A DNA stretch of 63,809 bases, counting the filler, from Choristocarpus tenellus KU-1152 (taxonomy: Eukaryota; Protista; Phaeophyceae), in NCBI GenBank assembly GCA_964200185.2. It is 17 parts of 17 records of this genome, joined end to end, with 100 filler letters (N's around TTAATTAATTAA, not from the genome) between each part and the next. Parts side by side here need not be neighbours in the genome. Positions count along the whole stretch, not along the records: positions 52,702 to 55,582 come from CAXNAD020023965.1; positions 55,683 to 58,528 come from CAXNAD020024241.1; positions 58,629 to 61,186 come from CAXNAD020026792.1; positions 61,287 to 63,809 come from CAXNAD020027089.1; 13 more parts are not named here. The stretch is one strand, 5' to 3'. The position numbers and the translations under genes are program-made. Below the pieces are notes generated by a model. That model was not told where the DNA came from. It saw only the letters and a list, made by a program, of their open reading frames with translations, and did not search any database. Shown here piece by piece: positions 53,150 to 63,809 of this stretch (its first letter is position 1; each line of letters starts with the position of its first letter).

Positions 53150-53511
53150 TCTATTTACTATTTACTACCAGGTATGCTGGACCACTGCCTTCCTGTGTCT
53201 CCAACCTAGCTTAGTCCTGCATCCCAGAGTGAGGAGTTAGGGAAGCATCCCAAGAATCTAACAACCTCCTCATTGCCCATCTCCCTTGGTGTCTCCAGCT
53301 TAAAACACCATCTACGTTGTAACAGACTATTTGTCGTAGGCGAGATTTGACCGACCCTTTCGTGCTGTAGCCCCCCGTCCCTCTCCCCCCTACCGCATGC
53401 GTAGCTAGCTCATTCAGAAAAATTTCTGCTTGCTTACCGAGGCGCCCAAAACTTTCCACCGCGAAGGTGTTGAAGTTGTAACTACGAGGATCATAAGAGC
53501 CCTCGTGGTGT
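53150..53511 (-). mobile_element. 3' end of a CRE-type non-LTR element (RLE domain tail + 3'UTR)
   Basis: HHEGSYDPRSYNFNTFAVESFGRLGKQAEIFLNELA ('F..FAVES.GRLG..A..FL..LA' RLE motif) followed by a short (TAGTAAA)-type tail. Confidence 0.7.
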
Positions 53512-56500
53512 CATTAATGTAATAGAGTATACGAGAAATTGGTTGTACCATTTGGGGTAAATGCACAGGGTCATACCACTCCTCCAGGAGCCGATTTCCG
53601 AGACATTGAAGAACAAAGATTCTGGATTAGTCACCCCCCAGCCTGTGAAACTGGTTCTATTGCAAACCCTGGTACTAGTGCACTGGTGGACGGGATCAGT
53701 CAGAACGCAGAACACAGCTATAATTGGAATGCTGCTCTGCCCTGAAACCCATACCTTCTGCTACGCATTTTGCAACTTCTCTTGGTTAGTTAGCTCCCTC
53801 CCAATGTGCATCATCCCTCAACCGTAATCCCAAACTTCTCAAGGTCGCCTTGTAGGCACATCCAACAGATCTTCTCCTGTCCACCTTGATTTCGTTTTGC
53901 AGTTGCAAGCTCCCCAAACATCAGCACCTTTGGAAGTTATACTCATTCCTCATGCAGGCAACTGACCCAGCGAATAGGGCTCTTTGTCAGCGCACAGTTG
54001 GCTCAATACTTCGAGTGAGTACTAAATCAACCGATATGATTACCACTTTTAGACATATACATGTATCACTTGGAAATGCAAAGTAAATAATGATAAACAC
54101 CAATATTAACGATAACTGAAGAAAGGGTTGTCCATACGATACACAATATCCCAATAATGATAGTCTCATCTTTTGCTTCAAATAGTAATTATGTCTCGTA
54201 CACCTAAGTTTAAATTGATACTATTACACTACTGTACTGTGTAGATGGATCTTCCCCTTGTCAGAAACAAGAAATCTACTTTGAAGGAACAATTTGACAC
54301 CATACACTATGTGCCTCAATGATCATTCTGAACTGGGGTAACTGGTTATCTTCTATTGCTCATTGCATGTGTTTCTAAAGCAAACCAAGATACTTTCAAA
54401 CAAATGGCGTAGATGCTCACAGCTAATGGACATAAATCATTATGCTGTCACTTCACTGACAGTGCAGCAGTGAATGTATCATCACCAATCTACACTCGTA
54501 GTAAAAGTAAACCCCTGAAGAAAGTAAAAAGGGGCAACATCAAGTAAGCACTGTATGCAAGAACATTCACACACCCATTGCATTGGAGTTCATTATCAGT
54601 GTTGGTTTGATCCCTTTCTGGCTTCTGGAGATAGTAGTACATTGTGTATCATGGTATTGAGCAATCACTTCAAAATTTCAAAGCAAGCGAGATTGTGTAA
54701 CAACATGCCTTCTGCCACAATCAAGTTTTCAATCAGCATCTTTTCTGGGCGGTTGGAGGGCTGCAGGTTTCTGCGTACATAGGAGGAGAGCATCGAGGAG
54801 ATTGAGGGTAGGCTGCACCGTGGAGAGTACTTCAATAACACAAACGTTATGGTGAAGGGGTCAAGGAGCAACCTCAACATAAATTTCATGAGGCAACCTT
54901 ATCATGAAGAATGCTCGCCTTGGGCAGGGATTGCATTCACTACTGAGGTCTGCAAATGCACATGCTGGCTTCTTATACAAAATCCTGGTTGCAATCAGTT
55001 CAATAGAGTCTTGCCTCATATAAATGGTTGTGATCAGACCAAAAGCTAATACCTAGTGGCGGACTCTATCACATGATCTCCCTAACAAGTGGAAGAGTCA
55101 GTCAAGGAACTGTTGGCAAAGGCTCATTGTAACCTTAGGACCATAACTATGATGCTGGCTCTGGTGCTGGATTCCTTCCTTCGATGCATATAAGCAAACA
55201 TTGAGCTCAAGAAATGCCACTTGAGGACAAGGTCAAGGTAAATCGACTCCTGCTAGAAATGTGTACACCTGTACCAAAAATGGCACACCTAAGTGCCAGT
55301 CCCTGTGTGAAGCATTTATGCCTAGCGGGTGTATGACCAAGCATAGGCAGCTTATGTATATATAGTAAACATAACAAAATTGGAATCTTGCAATGCAGAA
55401 TGAGATTCCCAATCACATACTCAAGACACCAAACATAATGTACAATTTAATTGTCTATTCAAGCTGTAATGAACAATCCCCACAATAACAAGTCTATATT
55501 CTAAAATACCAAAAACAAGCAATATATATAACGAAACTGTAAGCATATGGGTCAAAGTATCTTGGGGGGGTGGTTTGTGAGGNNNNNNNNNNNNNNNNNN
55601 NNNNNNNNNNNNNNNNNNNNNNNNNNTTAATTAATTAANNNNNNNNNNNNNNNNNNNNNNNNNNNNNNNNNNNNNNNNNNNNGTAATGTTACGTAGGTAT
55701 TCCGAAGCTTACTCTGCATCTCCTTAAAATAATCACTTATTCTGTAAGGTTAACCTATGTGTTACTAATATCGTATATAGTTCGCACTTGTCAGAATTCG
55801 AGAAACAATCTTCGCACTATATGTCTATTACAAATGTTCGTATTTCCTAACAAATAAGGAGAAAAATGCTCGCGCTATTCGCGTGTAACAAATGCTCAAA
55901 CTTTGTTGAAATACAAGAAGAAACGCTCGCGCTATTCGCCTGTAACATTGGATGTTGTATGCTGTTCTTGATTGGGCTGGCAGTTTTGCTACTATTGGTA
56001 GCATGCTTGGCTCCGGGGGTGTTGTAGACACAGCATGGAGGGGTTTCATAACATTGCTGAGGCTTTTGCATTATTTGATGTTTGGGAAATATGTGACCCT
56101 TGACTGGATCTATGCTCACTCCCTTAACAAATAACAGAGCTGTAAGCCCCAACGTGGGTTGGAGCCCTTACAAGCTATCATAGACCAGTTCCTGTGATTG
56201 AACTGTCTATAGGTTCTAACGATATCTGCTGTCCTCACCAGGAGGAGCAGAGTATGTTGAGCATTTTTTGAATGTCTGGAACCTTTGATTGAACAAAGTA
56301 AAATGGAGGTACCCAGGTTTTGGACGCTTTGCATTTTGAGTCTGTTTTTCAAAAACAATTGATATTCACCTCTTCTTTCTACACATGAAGTTTGCACATA
56401 TTTGTGAGTATCTTTAAAATGCAACTCTAGGTAACTCTAGTTTATTTAGACTCATTATTTTATTATCACATTTGAACGGAATGCCGGACAAGAAGTATTC

Positions 56501-57459
56501 CAGAAGGAGCCAAGTGTCACCACTGATATTTGGAGGATTTCCATATCTTACCTCCTGTTAATTTCAGTCACACTATTCTTCGAGCAGAACTCTCTATGTA
56601 TCCTCATATCCCTCCTGATGCGGAGCCACATTATTTCTATGGGATTATTCAGTACCCTTTCCCTCTTCTATAGGGAGTTACATTGATGGATCAGCCAATG
56701 AAAATACCTACCTTACTCTGGCGCAGAAAAATCTGAAGGCCAGAAGTTTCTTTTCATTCCTATCGTACTGCCCCAAAGCGTGGAGGGCTTCTGCCCAAAG
56801 ATATATGAAGGGAAGAGACGAATCAACAACTGTTATGGCTCAATCTCCTTGAAAAAGATTGGGAACGTTATGCAAGAGATTTGATCGCTAAATTGAAAGT
56901 TTGCACATAGGTGGGACGATCAGTCATTAATTTGCACTTCTCGCAAATAATGACAAATAATGTGTAAGGAATCGTATCAATAGAGGGAAGGCCCAGAACA
57001 TACTACTGGTTGGAGCTTATTTTATAGAGGGAGGAAAGTAAGGGACTTTCCCTAGAAGAGGGAAAGGAGAGAAGTGGATGTTAAAGGAAAACTTGTTTGT
57101 CAGGGAAGGCAAACAAGAGTTGTTTGAGGAGAGTGAAGGGTACCTACCCAAATGGAGAGAAGGGTGGACGTTTGGTTGTCAATGAACGATTTTTTTGTGT
57201 ATGGTAGGGAAAATAGGCTGATGTTAAAGGAACTATTACTGTATGTGTGTGTTAGACGTTGGAGGAGGAAAGAGAAAGGTACAGAATGTCCAACCATTTA
57301 TTCTCCACTTTAACATGACGTTTGTGACATCCTCTGCAACACATCAAAATTCTTTTGTTCCTCACCAATAGAAATATTCCACTATTTCCTTAGTTGGTGT
57401 ACCATACGTAAATAGGAAAAATAGACGATGTTAAAGGAACTGTATCTGTGTATTTTATT

Positions 57460-58172
57460 TTACGCCCTCTGACATTTTCCAGATGTGTCAGGGAGAAAAA
57501 AAATGAAAACTACAATATTTGATAGCGGTGAAGTAACTGATTAGTGGTTTCCACACTTACAATGTTTTATAGTGTTCTTACGTTTACGATATTTTATTTC
57601 TTTAGGGCTAATAAGGACACACATATATATATTTAGTTTTCATTGGTTCCCCCCTGACACATCTGCAAAATGTCAGAGGGCATAATAATAATATAGAAAC
57701 TATACATACGTCAGTATAAGCCCTAAAGAATATAATGTCATAAATGTTAAAAACAGTAATTTTTTCGATACTACACCGCTATCAATGTTGTACTATTACC
57801 TTCCTGTGCCTCTAATCTACCAACTCCTGCACCCCGGGGGGAGGAGCTACGGAGGCATCCCAAGAATCCAATAAACCCCTACGTCCCCATCTCCCTGGTG
57901 ACTCAAGGTTAAAACGCATGACACGTCTAGACAATGCCACTTGCGTAGTCACCGAGACAATTTGGGGTAGCCAGGATTTGACTACTCCTTTCCTCCTAAA
58001 TCCTCCAATTATGTGTGCGTTAGACTACACTATTTTAAATATGACAAAATGGTACACTACTAACAAATTCAACCATTGTTTGCTACATTCCAACATCACG
58101 TGTGTAACATACATTAATATTATGCCTTCTGACATTTTGTAGATATGTTGGGCGAACCAATGAAAACTACAC
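57460..58172. repeat. Nested inverted-repeat (foldback-like) structure
   Basis: Block ctgacatttt..agat.tgt..ggg...atgaaaacta at 57468 (+), 57635 (rc) and 58128 (+); second block 57512-57615 inverted at 57715-57792. Confidence 0.6.
57790..58006 (-). mobile_element. Second, shorter 3' fragment of the same CRE-type family
   Basis: Collinear similarity to 53180-53375 (ccttcctgtg.ctc...gcatcccaagaatc...cccatctccct...gatttgac). Confidence 0.65.
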
Positions 58173-58699
58173 CAACCTATTCTCCTACATCAAAGTTTGT
58201 TCCGCAACCCTAGAAATATTCCACAATTTCCTCGTAACTGTATATAATTTCCCCACAGAAGAACTTTGCATTGGACTTCTAAAATATAATATAATACATC
58301 CTTAGTACTATTCTTGCGGAGGAACTATTTGTCCTCCACCCCTACCATATATTCTAGAACTATACCTGTAACAGATCAATTTTGAGGGTAAGTTTAATGG
58401 ACACATTGAAAGAGAACATCAAATATCTACAAATATCCACTTTACTTTGCTCACGAATTCTGGATTATTGTTATTATTTGCACATTCCTATTTTCTTATT
58501 GCTCTATCCTCCATTCCCCATTTGATGANNNNNNNNNNNNNNNNNNNNNNNNNNNNNNNNNNNNNNNNNNNNTTAATTAATTAANNNNNNNNNNNNNNNN
58601 NNNNNNNNNNNNNNNNNNNNNNNNNNNNGGTACTTTTTTAAGACAGTTTTCGCAAAGCAACGTTCCTCACAGTCCCGCTCCTGCCTCAATTTTGCGAAT

Positions 58700-59270
58700 C
58701 CCCTGTTGGGTGCACTGTTGTAGGAGACTCTGCCAACTTATTAGTTACGTTTGATCACCAACAAAGGGTACTGTTGTCATTTTATAGGTGTATTCAATCG
58801 AACTATGTATGAATACATACAGTCTGTCGAACCATCAAGACACTTGATGAAGGAGATCTCCTCTTCTCTCAACGTGATTTCTGAGGGGGCAAGCAGGACC
58901 TATCCTAATACTGCTCCTACAATAAATTGGACAAGCACAGTGAAAAATGATTTCCACATTATAAATCAGAGTAACATTGCTGGACAAAGGAATTCTAACA
59001 TACTTGAGGTATTGTCCATTTCATTGATCGATGCAAAATGTTTACTTTCATTATTATCTTCCAATCACCTTTCAATATCTCTATTGTTGGAATGAGTAGA
59101 TGAGTTAGGTTGGTACCACTATGAGCTACAGTAGAAAAATGACGTATGAGAGTAAGGAAATTCAACAAATATGTCGAAGACGTCCCAATTTCCACGACAT
59201 ACCGTAGGATACCTTTGAACAAATATTGGGTGGCCAACGAGTCAGAACAATGGTGACAATAAGGAGGACA
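58700..59270 (-). pseudogene. Highly decayed hAT-like transposase fragment
   Basis: With frameshifts reads 'VLTRW/ATQYLFKGILR...ILKGDWKIIMKV...TSSMLE', resembling the hAT 'TRW.S.Y' and 'L...DW..I......T..LE' motifs. Confidence 0.35.
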
Positions 59271-61526
59271 GTTTCGTACTGATTGTTATCCATTTTTTCA
59301 CAGGCATAACATATGACCTACTCCACCATTATATATTTACTTCCATATTGCAGCAGCAGCGTTATCATACAAAAGAGGTGATGTTGTCTACAGAACTCTC
59401 ACCCTACAACCACCACAGATTCTTCACCCCTAAGTCCCCACTTCTACCATCCTGGCGGCAACCTAGCCAGCTGTCACACAGCCTAGAAAAAAGCTCCTGT
59501 CTTCTCATCAGACAGTCCACAGAACCAGTTAATGTATAAACAGAATGGGGTTTACCTTGTGAGTGAGACGAGTTTGTCCACAGATTCTACCACATGCTGC
59601 TGGTGTATCAACCAACAAGCAGGCATCGTCTCATATCACACCAAATGGTATTCACAGAGGTAGGAAGAATAGACCTTGCTGAAAAGGAAGTGTAGTGTGG
59701 ACCAAGAAGTGGACCAAGAGGTAGATAAGGTGTGTGCTCTGTTTATCCTTCATCTTGGAGGTGCTTGCTGGTGGTGTATTTATGAGGAGTAGGAACCAGG
59801 CCTGTCGCTTGCTTATATCAGCAGCTCTGTCAACTTGTAGCATTACAGTGATCTAAACTCTTAACTCTACCTTGAGTCTTGCTCAGAAGTCTCTCTCCTT
59901 CCACATCTGATGTCTTACATCAAAAAATGAACACCGTCTTGACAAAATTAAAACATCAAAATTAGAGGAACTTACTTTGCATCACATACCACGCAACAAC
60001 TAACACAGGTAGTCTACCATGTTGACTTTCTGATTCAGGGCATGATCCAAACTGCAGCAAAACTCGGTCAAAATGCCGCTAGCTCAGCCTCAAGAGAGGA
60101 TAAAAAGACACATTTTCCTGCAACCACCTGTTGAGCAACAAAAATCCTGCACACTCTCTGCCCCCAAGGTTGTCATGGTTCCTCTGTATCTGGAGCTTCT
60201 TGTCCCAGATCTTCTTCTGGTGTTCCAGATTCATCCTGTGAGGGAAGAGGTTGCCACAGCACGGACAGTTAATTGCCATTGCCGTTACAGGCAATGATTT
60301 CAGGGGCATGTTGTAGTGCTACAGGGTCCAACAGAGAGGTCTCACGGTACCACTGACACCTCAGAAGGTACATGGTGAGGGCTACACTCAAGTGTGAAAA
60401 TGATCAACTCACTTGTCCCAGAGACTTATTCTAATGCGGCTGAGTCTATGACTGTCAACTGTTTCAACATTGTGTTGGTATTGAACGTAATGTTGGACCC
60501 AATGATAGAAAAGAACGCCTCAGTTACAATCATACTAAGGGTTGGGGATAGGAGTCAGCTTGGGTTTGGTCGTATCATCCCTTTGGTAGCTGCTAACGTA
60601 CCAGAATCAACCACCTCTTTGTGCTTTGAATGGGGCATACAGCCCCCCAATTGACTTGGTTCAGGTGTTAATATATCGCTATCTAGAGTACTACACGTTT
60701 ACATCGTTCTGCAGTGGTAGAGTGCAGTAGCACCATCAGGGTTGCAGAATACTAACCAGTGACAGACAGCATGGGTCACACAATAAAGATTTCAACACAA
60801 AAGATACAGCCCTTGGTCCATCAAGAAGCCTCATGTCTTCATTCAGGATGCAACACTAATCAAGAACCGGACTTCACAATCATATCAAGTAACGATACTG
60901 TCTCCAGTCCACTATTGGCTGTGTGAGAAACTGTAGAATAGACCAATAGCATATCAGTAGTTGAAGTACCACACTGTACCGAACTGAAGGAAGGCAGTAG
61001 GGTTAGGGTTAGGGGATGGTCTAAGAGACCTGGGTCCAGTGAGGGACACCGAGGTTCACAACACAACCATGTGGAGAAACAAATGGAGTCTCAAGAACCA
61101 ATTACAGCAGCGAGCGGGCTCATAAAAAAATGCATCAGGGGGGGGGGGGTATTCTCTTTGCGCCCTAGTGCTGTGTGCACACCTTGNNNNNNNNNNNNNN
61201 NNNNNNNNNNNNNNNNNNNNNNNNNNNNNNTTAATTAATTAANNNNNNNNNNNNNNNNNNNNNNNNNNNNNNNNNNNNNNNNNNNNATGATCGTGTCCTG
61301 TGCCCCCAGCCAACCAGAACTCTCCCGCCCACAAAACTCAGTTTACTTCATAAACTCTCACTTGTTGAATCTGTGAGATATTTGAAGGTTTATTCCTGCA
61401 GTTCAAAATTGCCAATTATCAACTTGAAAGTTTTAGTTTGAACAACACTAACCTCTAAGGACGTGCAAGCACTCACCACTATCAGGTTGAAAGATTGCAA
61501 CCCCAAAATAAGCAAAGTACACGATC

Positions 61527-62776
61527 ATGCCTGTCTCTGGTTGGTGGATTCGTTGCGTTTCAATAATTCTTGTAGTGAAGACTGCCGAGGCGTTCATAAC
61601 TTGTCCTCATCGTCCCCAAGGACGTACCTGGACACATGTTATGTGTGACACCTCCGCGGCCATCAACGTAGACTTATTGAACAGGCGGGATATTATTCGA
61701 TTCGCTTTTTTCAGCTCTGGGGTAGTGGACATTGGACTCTTTAAACCTCTTGCCGCATCTGCTATACCAAGGAGGGGTATAGAATATGTGAAAAATATTG
61801 TTGAAGCCGATTTTGTCAACAGGTGAGCTTAGCTACAAACCAGGCTTCTTCATGGTCTTGTAGGGTCGAAGCCCCAGCATCATTATTGTGAAAAGCAATA
61901 TACTACTCTCTGTCTGATTTTTCAACTTTGACCCAGAAGCAATGACTTCAAATGTTGGCATTTTTGCACATCTGTGTAGACACGATCTTGCTCTCTGCCT
62001 ATATTGTTCATTGCCGTTCGTACACATGCTTCTCCTTTTGATCTTCCTATCTTCCACTTCAATGCGGACCCTGCAACTGGAATGCACTCTGCCCTCTAAG
62101 GCAGTATTATGTGACAGGAGATTTGACGACTTCTCTTTATCGCCCGGACTGCTTGTTCACGGACCCTACTACTAGGTGAATGGCATAGTATCTCTAGCAG
62201 TCGTAGAGCTCTCGTAGATTGTAACTCTACGACTCTCTGCTAGATGAAGTTAGACAAAGTCAAGAGAAATGTGAGATGGTAGTGAGGGTGAGCTCTGAAG
62301 AAGGTTTCGTAAATACCTCTTCCTCCTAACATGTCTTTTCTCAACCCGTTTGTTTGGATGTATGCACGTACGTATGAACGTGTGCGTGCGGCAGAATCAG
62401 CAGCGCTTTCCCTTCACTCAGAACACCAGAATTTAAGGAGAAAATATAGGAATGATCCGAGATGCCCCCACCTTGAAACGACTTCTGCCTGTTGTTCGAG
62501 ATGATGTATTATCCTTCCAGTCATAAAATCACGAAGTAGAAAACGCCACAAGTGTGCACTGATTTGTATGAAAGAATGTATGTTTGCAAATTTAACTGCT
62601 GTTTTTTGTGTGTGCTCGCTCGGCCTGGGCCTGGTTACAAATATATGGGGTTGGTTAATTGGTACTTCTGTTGTCTCTTGACAAGGGTGGATTCAGTCAA
62701 GAGGTACACTGACGCTGTTAAGGTCCTCTTTGACCCAGAGAACTCCAAGCTTGAACTGCTGTCCCTGGAAGCTGAG
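61527..62776 (+). CDS. Thylakoid-lumen DUF2358/SnoaL-like protein, first three exons
   Basis: Exons 61527-61822, 62101-62175 and 62686-62776 in phase: signal peptide AEA/F, transit peptide, Tat 'NRRDII' + hydrophobic + ASA, then ADFVNR|QYYVTGDLTTSLYRPDCLFTDPTTR|VDSVKRYTDAVKVLFDPENS. Confidence 0.8.
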
Positions 62777-63730
62777 GTGAGCACAGCTCAGCCTCTGGTC
62801 CCCCTGATTCATCTGTTTGTGTGTTAGTTTGAAAGTGTGCAGTTGAGAGGTGTAACATTAGAACAATCCAAAATAACTTTTGGTCAAATATTGGATCGTC
62901 ATTTGACTGTTGAAACGAAACTTACGGCAAAATATTTCGAGTCGAAGGAGGGCAGATTATTTCCCTGGCAGCAGCTCTGCAGCACCATCAATCTACCTTG
63001 CAGCATTATGTGCCAAGGCAATCTTGTCTGTAGAGCTCTGCAGCACCACAAACTTGCCCTGTAGCAAGCTGATCAAATGTCACGTGGTCAAAGTGTTTCC
63101 TCACATTGTCACAAACAAGAATCTTTATGAATGCCAAGAAGTTTTCTGATAGTGCTTTTTTTTCTGCTAACATATTTGTTGCTCAGTGGTTAGTCTCAAT
63201 GTGAATTGAGGCAGAATCCAAAGAAGGTCTAGTTGAGATCGAATTTAGGTAAATCCACGTTGCATTTGAAAATTTCCTGAGTGATTGCTATAGCTACAGC
63301 TGTGTTTCAATTACACTTTTTCAAAGTGTAAAAATTAAGAAATTTGGATCAACTGGAGCGATTCGATTTTGTCTCCATTTTTGGCACACATTACAGCTAC
63401 CTATATATATATATAACTTACTTCCTGTGCAAGATCAAGGATCGGGGAGACATTTACTACAGCTTCTGCTGGGGTACAGGCACTATTTTTCTTGGATTCA
63501 ATGTGGATAAAAACAAGGAGTTGCCCATTAAAAGAGCAAGTTCAGCAAATGTGCTTGCCAGTGCTGTGATCGCTAAGCTTCTGGTCAATTTTTCTTTGAG
63601 TGTGTGGTGTAGTTTCTCAGGACAAATCCCATAATATTTGTGTGTAGAAAATCCATTGCCCTGTTGTACAGTGGGGATTCATTATATTGAGCAAATTTAA
63701 TCGTTTATGCAATAAATTGACCGCTCACTG

Positions 63731-63769
<39 letters not shown>

Positions 63770-63809
63770 ATCCCTGTCTCTCCCGTGGCCGAGCTGATCT
63801 CCTGTTTTT

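Noticed and set aside
53520-55300. Possible decayed LINE ORF2
   Set aside because: No intact RT motif could be read in any frame.
60129-60236. Possible minus-strand exon (MNLEHQKKIWDKKLQIQRNHDNLGG...)
   Set aside because: Plausible splice sites, but no partner exon or family could be established.
3135-61286. Regularly recurring TTAATTAATTAA palindrome in N runs
   Set aside because: Identical 100-nt artificial linker with six-frame stops; not biological. It also invalidates any operon or cluster reading across contigs.

Overview
This window is not one locus. It is 17 short contigs (about 2.5-6.5 kb) from a fragmented eukaryotic draft assembly, joined by an artificial N44-TTAATTAATTAA-N44 linker, so no gene-neighbourhood inference can cross a linker. 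Short exons in long GT-AG introns, bipartite/tripartite plastid presequences with an 'A/G-F' cleavage motif and TTAGGG-type repeats point to a photosynthetic stramenopile, probably a brown alga (inference). Exons I could splice in phase by hand: an amino-acid transporter C-terminus, a plastid DUF1995-like protein, ATAD3, a C2-domain exon, a PA-domain protein, a CELF/Bruno RRM protein, a cullin C-terminus, a thylakoid-lumen DUF2358-like protein and several unknown genes. The accessory fraction is rich. It includes two related MITE subfamilies (core TIR AAAGTATCT), an intron-rich but inactivated Sola-like/DUF7869-type DDD transposase, CRE-type non-LTR remnants, a hAT remnant, and a 2.7-kb intronless decayed two-ORF contig that may be an endogenous viral element. 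The most unusual signal is a scatter of 2-3-unit (CCCTAA)n tracts. One of them can be polarised: a 4-nt AACC insertion in one MITE TIR creates two perfect telomeric repeats, which suggests telomere-templated insertion at interstitial sites. Family names are from recalled motifs; no database search was run.
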